64,000 nt of DNA, from positions 107,374 to 171,373 of the forward strand of contig JAWKHS010000005.1 in assembly GCA_041394705.1 (NCBI GenBank). Direction: 5' to 3'. The position numbers were made by a program, and so were the translations under genes. The stretch is from Vicinamibacterales bacterium (GTDB lineage Bacteria; Acidobacteriota; Vicinamibacteria; Vicinamibacterales; UBA2999). Under the pieces are notes generated by a model. It ran no database searches. It saw only the letters and a program-made list of their open reading frames with translations, and was not told the origin of the DNA. How positions within the stretch are numbered: the first letter of the stretch is position 1; each line of letters starts with the position of its first letter. Positions 29,083-35,504 of this stretch are shown piece by piece.

Positions 29083-30290
29083 CGACGCGGCGAGGACGCG
29101 GGAGCCGCCGGCGCCCCGGGGGCACGCATGGACGCGAAGAGGGCCGCGTGCGTCTCCACGATGCGCGCCTTCTCGGCCTCGTTCACGTCCGTCGTCCAGA
29201 CGTCCCGCTCTGACGTGCCGCCCAGCACGATGCCATCGGTGCGCGGCATCATGTGGATGAAGAGTCCGCGCTGCGAGTTCGGGATGTTGACCCCGCCGTT
29301 GGTGCTGTAGTGCACCTCCGGCTGCGCCGGCAGCAGCACGAGCAGCCCCTTGAGCGGCATCAGCTCCTCGTCGCCGAAGAGAGCCTTGGCGCCGAGTCCG
29401 GTGCAGTTCACGACGAGGTTCTCGGAGAGCGCCATCACGTCGCGCGGCGACTCGAACCTGCGGATCACGAAGCGGCCGCCGAAGGCCAGCACGTCGTCCA
29501 TCAGGGCCGGCAGGTAGATGTTCGGCTCGATACGCAGTTCCGGCCGTTCGATGCAATAGGTGGTCGGGAACGGATGCTCACCGGGCTGGAGCAGCGTCTG
29601 CTCGCTCTGCAGGTGGCGCGGCAGGAGCGCGTTCTCCCCGCGCGCGGCCTCGGCGGAGTCGGTCGGGGAGTAGTTGGTGATCCACGAGATGCCGTAGCGG
29701 GTCCCGGCCATGAACTGCAGCTGGCGGTAGGCGATCTCGGCGGCCTGCACGAGCTGGGTGCTCCACTCGGGCGTCCGCTTCGCGAACTCGACGAGCCCCG
29801 AGGTGGGCGTCCAGGCCGCCAGCGAGAAGTTCGACGTCACGTCCGGCGGCACGCGCTCGGCGTAGACGGTCACGTCGAAGCCCCGCCGCTGCAGCTGCCT
29901 CGCCGTGGTGAGCCCGACCACGCCGGACCCCAGGACGGCGGCCCGGCGCTGGCCGTGCGCCAGCGCCATGTCGGCGGCCATCGTGGCCGTGCCCCAGGAG
30001 AGGGACATACCCGATCCGCCGTGTCCGTAGTTGTGGATCACGGTCTTCTGGTCGAGCCGCCCGTCCTTCAGCACGAAGCCTGACGGGCGGTGCGGCCGGA
30101 GCCCCACCGTCTGGCGGATGACGCGGTCCATCGACGCGCGCACGAGCGGCAGCTGCACCATCGGCCGCCGGGTCGCCGCCGGGGCCACGGGCGCCGTCCG
30201 CGCGGGCGCCTTCGATGCGCAGGCCGGCAGTCCCAGTCCGGCCAGCGCCAGGCCGGCGTTGCTCAACAGGGTGCGACGGTTCACGGGCAA
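29079..30290 (-). CDS. FAD-dependent oxidoreductase of the D-amino-acid-oxidase (DAO) family, Tat signal, circularly permuted segment order
   Basis: 403-aa ORF. The Tat-type signal is MPVNRRTLLSNAGLALAGLGLPAC. The DAAO C-terminal signature VGLRPHRP...VIHNYGHGGSGMSLSWG sits at residues 62-100. The dinucleotide-binding fold AAVLGSGVVGLTTARQLQRRGFDVTVYAE follows it at residues 117-145, which is the reverse of the canonical order. NLVVNCTGLGA and GIVLGGT come later. Confidence 0.85.
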   Translation of the reverse strand: MPVNRRTLLSNAGLALAGLGLPACASKAPARTAPVAPAATRRPMVQLPLVRASMDRVIRQTVGLRPHRPSGFVLKDGRLDQKTVIHNYGHGGSGMSLSWGTATMAADMALAHGQRRAAVLGSGVVGLTTARQLQRRGFDVTVYAERVPPDVTSNFSLAAWTPTSGLVEFAKRTPEWSTQLVQAAEIAYRQLQFMAGTRYGISWITNYSPTDSAEAARGENALLPRHLQSEQTLLQPGEHPFPTTYCIERPELRIEPNIYLPALMDDVLAFGGRFVIRRFESPRDVMALSENLVVNCTGLGAKALFGDEELMPLKGLLVLLPAQPEVHYSTNGGVNIPNSQRGLFIHMMPRTDGIVLGGTSERDVWTTDVNEAEKARIVETHAALFASMRAPGAPAAPASSPRR

Positions 30291-30299
30291 GTCCGCCGG

Positions 30300-31724
30300 T
30301 CAGCGGGCGTGCGCGACGTCGTGCACGACGTCGTAGTAGTAGCGCACGAACCGGTACAGCTCCGATTCGTTGATACGTTCCTGGTCGCTGTGGGCGCCGA
30401 ACCCCTTCGGGCCGTCCTCCACGTCGATGGCGGGCCCGACGCCGTAGCACTGCACGCCCTTCGCCCTCAGGTAGGCCATGTCGGTGGCGCCCGTGCTCAT
30501 CGTCGGCAGCGTCAGCACGTTGTAGTGCTTCTTCACGCCGGCCTCGATGGCCTCGAACATCTCTGTGTTCAGGCGCGAGACGCCGTTCGGACGGACGTCG
30601 CGGGCGCCGAAGGACACCTCCACCGAGGGGTCGTTGACCACCTTCTTGACCATCTCGAGGAAGGCCGCCGGATCCTGGTCGGGCATCATCCGCACGTCGA
30701 GCGTGGCCGAGACTTCCGACGGGATGACGTTGGTCCGGTAGCCGGCCTGGATCATGGTCGGTGAGATGGACGTCCGGATCGTGGAGGCGTGCCGGGGTTC
30801 GTTGTCGAGGAGGTACTCGTCGGCGGCGTCCTGGGCCTTCGGATCGCTGGCGTTCAGGATGGCGCGATAACGCTCGGCCGAGGCCGGATCGGAAATGGTC
30901 GCCAGGCGCTTGAAGTAGGCGGCGGTGGTCTCGTTGAAGCTGATGGGCGGCTTCCACTTGGCCACGGTCGAGACGGCCGTCGACAGCTTCACCACGGCGT
31001 TGCTCCTGAGCGGTACCGACCCGTGGCCTGCCGTGCCGCGCGCGGTGAGGGTGATTGCCCGCGGAATCTTCTCCAAGGTCTGGATGGACGCGAACGTCAC
31101 CTTCTCCTTCTCCCGGTTCAGGCTGCCGCCCTCGGCCAGGCAGTACTCGGCGTCGATCTTGGGGAAGCGCTCGGGCTCGGTCATGTGGGCGATGCCGTAG
31201 CGGACCGCACCTTCCTCGCCGGCCTCGAACAGGGCGATGACGTCGCGGTCGAGCTGCACGTTCTGGCGCTTGAGCAGCACCATCGCCATGATGGTGGCCG
31301 TCACGTTGTCCTTGTCGTCGACGGTCCCGCGGCCGTAGATATAGCCGTCGGCCCGGTCGGCGCTGAACGGCGGATGCGACCACTTCTTGGCGTCGATGTT
31401 CACCGTGTCGGTGTGGGCCATGAGGAGGAGCGGCCGCTTCCGGCCGGAACCCTTCAGGCGCGCCACGAGGTTCGGGCGATTGGCCTCAAGCGCAAACGTC
31501 TCGGTCGGGATGCCCTCCTGCTCGAGGACCCCCCGGATGTAGTCCACGACGGGCTTCTCGATGCCGGGCGGCGTCGTCGGCGGGTCCGTCGAGTCGATCC
31601 GGACGATGGACTGGAAGTGCTTCAGCGTCTCGGCATCGGCCGCCGTCCAGTCGATCGCGGGCCCTTGAGCCGAGGCGACAGCCACGGCTCCAGCCACGGA
31701 AAACAGGAGTGCCAGTCTACGCAT
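30300..31724 (-). CDS. exported M20/M25/M40 family metallopeptidase
   Basis: 474-aa ORF. The signal peptide is MRRLALLFSVAGAVAVASAQG. M20 motifs are present: LLLMAHTDTV, GRGTVDDKD, ALFEAGEE, and GATD in the C-terminal part. TGCTACCAT lies 7 nt upstream of the ATG. Confidence 0.9.
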   Translation of the reverse strand: MRRLALLFSVAGAVAVASAQGPAIDWTAADAETLKHFQSIVRIDSTDPPTTPPGIEKPVVDYIRGVLEQEGIPTETFALEANRPNLVARLKGSGRKRPLLLMAHTDTVNIDAKKWSHPPFSADRADGYIYGRGTVDDKDNVTATIMAMVLLKRQNVQLDRDVIALFEAGEEGAVRYGIAHMTEPERFPKIDAEYCLAEGGSLNREKEKVTFASIQTLEKIPRAITLTARGTAGHGSVPLRSNAVVKLSTAVSTVAKWKPPISFNETTAAYFKRLATISDPASAERYRAILNASDPKAQDAADEYLLDNEPRHASTIRTSISPTMIQAGYRTNVIPSEVSATLDVRMMPDQDPAAFLEMVKKVVNDPSVEVSFGARDVRPNGVSRLNTEMFEAIEAGVKKHYNVLTLPTMSTGATDMAYLRAKGVQCYGVGPAIDVEDGPKGFGAHSDQERINESELYRFVRYYYDVVHDVAHAR

Positions 31725-31872
31725 GCGCGGGATGGTAGCACGGGGGTTTGCCGTGCTCGCCCGGCCGAGCTCAGCGCCAAAATGCGTCGGTGGATCGACA
31801 AAATTGTCAGCTCAACCGCAAAATGACGCCGCGCCGACACCCGTACGCCGGGGTCTCGACGGGCCCCGCAGG

Positions 31873-31888
31873 TGGCAAACGCATTGCA
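31873..31888 (+). promoter_or_regulatory. sigma-54 (-24/-12) promoter candidate TGGCAA-N5-TTGCA
   Basis: TGGCAAACGCATTGCA has GG at 31874-75 and GC at 31886-87, so the spacing is GG-N10-GC. It is a near-consensus match, 17-23 nt upstream of the ATGs at 31905 and 31911 of the PilZ gene. It overlaps the GTG at 31872 used by the ORF track, which argues against that start. Confidence 0.6.
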
Positions 31889-31904
31889 AACTCGTCAGCC
31901 CGTC

Positions 31905-32693
31905 ATGTCCATGTCGCCCCGTGTCGGAATAGCGTGCCCTCGGCCCACTGAGCGCGCCGCCATTTCCGAGTGGTTGAGTGCAGCCGGCTTCGAGCCGCTC
32001 GTTCTGGTCGATGCCTGCTTCGTGACCACCGAAATTTCGGGGCCCCCGCCCGTTCTGGTTGTCGCCGACGCCAAACTGCTGTCGGCCCAGTTCATCAACG
32101 CCCTGCGCAAAGGCGATCCCAACCGTCCAATCCTGGCCATCGGCGATGCCGGGGACCCGAACGAGCCGGCCCTGACCCGGAAGGGCGTGGCGTTCCACGT
32201 CCGCCCGTTGGACGAGCAGGCGCTGGTGCTCGCCGTCTCGCTGGCGCAGGCCGAGAACCGGCATGCCCGCCGGTCCGCGCGACGCACGCTCCCCCGGCTG
32301 GCGTCTTCGATCGAAGGGGCGCCCGCGGTCCTGCTCGACGTCAGCAACGAAGGCCTCCGGCTGGAGATGGATTCCAAGGGTGGCGTCAAACTCCTGCCGC
32401 AGTTCCTGGTGCACGTGCCCATCCTGAAGATGGCCGTGCCGGTCCAGCGCGTGTGGGTGCGGTCGGCGGCGACCGACGCCGGGCGCCGCGTACAGTGCGG
32501 GGCCTCCCTGCTGGCTCCGGACGAGCGGACGCAGCGGATCTGGCAGCGCCTGGCGATGCCCGGCACGCGCATCGTCACCGAGCAGCCCGCGCGCGTCGGC
32601 GCCGAGGGCCTCTTCGGCCGCGTCTCGAACCTGATCGCTCAGGCGCCCATCGTCGGCTCGCTGGCCCACCTGCCCTGGCGCGGCCGTTCGTAG
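31905..32693 (+). CDS. PilZ domain protein with N-terminal receiver-like (degenerate REC) domain
   Basis: PilZ c-di-GMP motifs are present: RRSAR (RxxxR) followed by LLDVSNEGLRLE (DxSxxG). The N-terminal 120 aa have a CheY-like alternation (PPVLVVADAKLL ... PILAIGD) but lack the N-terminal acidic pair. The start is ATG 31905 or 31911. The track start GTG 31872 is unlikely. Confidence 0.75.
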   Translation: MSMSPRVGIACPRPTERAAISEWLSAAGFEPLVLVDACFVTTEISGPPPVLVVADAKLLSAQFINALRKGDPNRPILAIGDAGDPNEPALTRKGVAFHVRPLDEQALVLAVSLAQAENRHARRSARRTLPRLASSIEGAPAVLLDVSNEGLRLEMDSKGGVKLLPQFLVHVPILKMAVPVQRVWVRSAATDAGRRVQCGASLLAPDERTQRIWQRLAMPGTRIVTEQPARVGAEGLFGRVSNLIAQAPIVGSLAHLPWRGRS

Positions 32694-32786
32694 CCCCAGC
32701 CGTGCCGGTGCAGGCGCACGCAGGGCGGCGCAGCGACACAAGTATTACAGTCGCCTCGCGCGTGACTTGCTAGTGTAGGCGTCGCG

Positions 32787-33692
32787 ATGCAGCCCATCTC
32801 CACCATCTACGGCCGCAAGGCGGCCACCGGCCTCAACTGGATCACCTTCATCGCCATGACGGCGTACCACATCGGTGCCGTCGCGGCCTTCTTCTACATC
32901 GACTCGGGAGCCATCCTCGCCGCCGCGTTCCTCTGGTGGCTGAGCGGCAGCCTGGGCATCGGCATGGCGTACCACCGCCTGCTCACCCACCGCGGCTACA
33001 AGTGCCCGAAGTGGGTCGAGTACTTCCTCACCCTCTGCGGCGCGCTCGCGCTGGAGGGCGGCCCGATCTTCTGGGTGGCGACCCACCGCATCCACCACCA
33101 GCTATCCGACAAGGACGGCGATCCCCACACGCCGAAGGAAGGCGCCTGGTGGGCGCACATCGGCTGGATCATGTTCGGCAAGGCGATGCACCACGACACC
33201 GAGATCCTGAAGCGCTACGTGCCGGATCTCAGCAAGGACCCGTTCCACGTGGCCCTCACGAAGTGGCACTGGGTGCCGCAGGTGGTGGTCGGCCTCATCC
33301 TGCTGGCGATCGGCGGCCTGCCCTACGTCCTGTGGGGCGTCTTCTTCCGCACCACGCTCGGCCTGCACGCGACCTGGGCCGTCAACTCGGCCACCCACAT
33401 GTGGGGCTACAAGACGTTCCGGACGCGCGACGACTCGCGCAACCTCTGGTGGGTCGGCCTCATCGCCTTCGGCGAGGGCTGGCACAACAACCACCACGCG
33501 CACCCGGTCTCGATGCGCCACGGCCTGGCCTGGTACGAGTTCGACCTGAACTACATCCAGATCAAGCTGCTCGAGAAGCTCGGTCTGGCCTGGGACCTCA
33601 AGGTGGCCCGCCGTCCGAAGGACGCCTCCGAAATCGTCCCGCAGGAGACGCCGGACGCCGTGGACATCTCGGAAGCGGCGCCCGTAGGATAG
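32787..33692 (+). CDS. acyl-CoA/acyl-lipid fatty acid desaturase (delta-9-type, membrane)
   Basis: 301-aa ORF with the three histidine boxes HRLLTH, HRIHHQLSD and GEGWHNNHHAHP, plus four TM segments. Confidence 0.92.
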   Translation: MQPISTIYGRKAATGLNWITFIAMTAYHIGAVAAFFYIDSGAILAAAFLWWLSGSLGIGMAYHRLLTHRGYKCPKWVEYFLTLCGALALEGGPIFWVATHRIHHQLSDKDGDPHTPKEGAWWAHIGWIMFGKAMHHDTEILKRYVPDLSKDPFHVALTKWHWVPQVVVGLILLAIGGLPYVLWGVFFRTTLGLHATWAVNSATHMWGYKTFRTRDDSRNLWWVGLIAFGEGWHNNHHAHPVSMRHGLAWYEFDLNYIQIKLLEKLGLAWDLKVARRPKDASEIVPQETPDAVDISEAAPVG

Positions 33693-33715
33693 GGCGGGGC
33701 TCGGGGCTCGGGGCT
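33691..33715 (+). repeat. G-tract element AGGGCGGGGCTCGGGGCTCGGGGCT (left arm of a 25-bp inverted pair; G-quadruplex-type motif)
   Basis: It starts inside the TAG stop of the desaturase gene. It has four G-runs separated by 1-3 nt. Its partner is at 33835..33859. Confidence 0.8.
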
Positions 33716-33729
33716 GCTGAATGCTGAAG

Positions 33730-33765
33730 GAGCCGGCACCGGTGGGTGCCGGCTCTTTCTTTTCC
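33730..33765 (+). terminator. rho-independent terminator of the desaturase gene
   Basis: GAGCCGGCACC-GGTG-GGTGCCGGCTC forms a perfect 11-bp stem with a 4-nt loop, followed by TTTCTTTTCC. It lies 38 nt after the stop codon. Confidence 0.8.
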
Positions 33766-33834
33766 TCGCTCTCCAAAGTCAACCTGCGCAGCCGCGACGC
33801 CCGGGCGGATGGCAAAGGGCTGTCCCGAAACCCG

Positions 33835-33859
33835 AGCCCCGGGCCCCGGGCCCCGCCCT
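33835..33859 (-). repeat. right arm of the inverted pair (reverse complement AGGGCGGGGCCCGGGGCCCGGGGCT, 23/25 identical to the left arm)
   Basis: Compared by hand. The only mismatches are two T/C positions. It ends 5 nt before the TACAAT box of the histidine-kinase gene. Confidence 0.8.
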
Positions 33860-33876
33860 CTGACTACAATCCCTCC

Positions 33877-34782
33877 ATGACCCGCCGGCAGTCGGCCACC
33901 GTCGCGTTCATCGTCCTGTGCGTGGTGCTGGTCGCCGCGGCGGTGTCCCTGAACGTCGGCTGGATCCTGAGCGGCGAGCGGCACGTCGCGATGCTGGTGT
34001 TCGGTGTCGTGGCGTTCGCCCTCATCATCGCCGGCATCATCATCTACACGGTGTTCCTGGTCCGCGAGCTCAGGCGCACGGAGCAGCAGGACAGCTTCCT
34101 GAACGCCGTCACGCACGAGTTGAAGACGCCGATCGCGTCGATCCGGCTGTACCTGGAGACGCTCCAGGCGCGCGAGACCTCCGAGGCGCAGCGCCAGGAG
34201 TTCTACAAGGTCATGCTCGACGACACGACGCGCCTCCAGTACACGGTGGAGCAGGTGCTGAGGGCCGGCGTGGCCAGCCAGCGCCGCAAGCTCGCCCACC
34301 GGGCGCCCGTGGACCTGGCGACGCTGGCGGTGGAGTGCATCGAGACGACGCGGCGCCGGCACCACCTGGCCGACGAGGCCGTCACGCTCGCGGCGGCGCC
34401 CGCGCAGGCGATGCTGGTGGACGGCGACGCCGACGAACTGCGGACGGCCATCGGCAACCTGCTCGACAACGCGGTCAAGTACTCGGCCAAGGCCGTCCGC
34501 GTCACCGTGGAACTGGCCTCGCCGGCGCCGGACACGCTGTGGGTACGCGTTCGCGATCGCGGCGTGGGCATCCCGCGCCGCCAGTTGCGCCGCATCTTCA
34601 ACCGCTTCTACCGTTTCCAGGCCCGTGGCTTCAGCGTGAAGGGCACCGGCCTGGGCCTCTACATCGTGCGGTCGATCGCCAGACAGCACGGCGGCCGCGT
34701 GTTCGCCGAGAGCGCGGGCGAGGGCACCGGCGCGACCTTCACGCTCGAACTGCCCAAGCTCTCGCCCGGGACGGCCTCGTGA
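33877..34782 (+). CDS. sensor histidine kinase (2 TM, HisKA + HATPase_c)
   Basis: Internal ATG at 33877 (MTRRQSATVAFIVLCVVLVAAAV...). The track start at 33721 lies inside the terminator hairpin. The kinase boxes are present: H-box VTHELKTPIASI, N-box LLDNAVKYS, G1 RDRGVGIP, G2 GTGLGLYIV. TACAAT lies 6 nt upstream. Confidence 0.9.
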   Translation: MTRRQSATVAFIVLCVVLVAAAVSLNVGWILSGERHVAMLVFGVVAFALIIAGIIIYTVFLVRELRRTEQQDSFLNAVTHELKTPIASIRLYLETLQARETSEAQRQEFYKVMLDDTTRLQYTVEQVLRAGVASQRRKLAHRAPVDLATLAVECIETTRRRHHLADEAVTLAAAPAQAMLVDGDADELRTAIGNLLDNAVKYSAKAVRVTVELASPAPDTLWVRVRDRGVGIPRRQLRRIFNRFYRFQARGFSVKGTGLGLYIVRSIARQHGGRVFAESAGEGTGATFTLELPKLSPGTAS

Positions 34783-35504
34783 GCCGCATCCTCATCGTCG
34801 AGGACGAGCAGCACATCGCCGAGGGCCTGCGCTTCAACCTGGCCGCGGACGGTCACGACGTCACCGTCGTGGGCGACGGCCTCGAGGCGCTGAAGGTCCT
34901 GCGCGACGAGCGCGGCGCCTACGACGCGGTGGTGCTCGACGTGATGCTGCCCAGCCTCGACGGCTTCGAGGTGGCGCGCGCGCTCAGGGCCGAGAGCGAC
35001 TACGTCCCGATCCTGATGCTGACGGCGAGGTCCAGGCCCGAGGACGTCCTGCAGGGCTTCGAAAGCGGGGCCGACGACTACCTGCCGAAGCCGTTCGAGC
35101 TGGCCATTCTCCTGGCGCGTCTGCGCGGCCTGCTCCGCCGGCGCGAATGGCTCCGCGGCCCCACCGAGCCCCAGAAGCCCGCACAGCCACCACCGCCCCC
35201 GGCCGACGTCCTGGAATTCGCCGGCCACCGGTTGGACCTGCGGGCCCTCGAGCTGCACGCGCGCGGACGGGCCTACCGCCTCACCGTCATGGAAGCGGAC
35301 CTGCTGGCCTACCTCGTGCGCCACGCCGGGCAGGTCGTGTCCAGGAAGGCGATCCTCGAGGACGTCTGGAACCTGCACGAGGACACGGACACGCGCGCGA
35401 TCGACAACTTCATCGTGCGGCTGCGGCGGTATCTCGAGGTGGACCCGGCCAAGCCCACGCTGATCGCCACGGTCCGGGGCGTCGGCTACCGCCTGCAGGT
35501 GTGA
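34779..35504 (+). CDS. OmpR/PhoB-family response regulator
   Basis: The GTG at 34779 overlaps the kinase stop (GTGA). The sequence reads VSRILIVEDEQHIAEGL ... VVLDVMLPSLDG ... PILMLTA ... KPF. The C-terminal winged helix is LTVMEADLLAYLVRHAGQVVSRKAIL...VRGVGYRL. A Pro-rich linker (QKPAQPPPPPA) joins the two domains. Confidence 0.92.
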   Translation: MSRILIVEDEQHIAEGLRFNLAADGHDVTVVGDGLEALKVLRDERGAYDAVVLDVMLPSLDGFEVARALRAESDYVPILMLTARSRPEDVLQGFESGADDYLPKPFELAILLARLRGLLRRREWLRGPTEPQKPAQPPPPPADVLEFAGHRLDLRALELHARGRAYRLTVMEADLLAYLVRHAGQVVSRKAILEDVWNLHEDTDTRAIDNFIVRLRRYLEVDPAKPTLIATVRGVGYRLQV

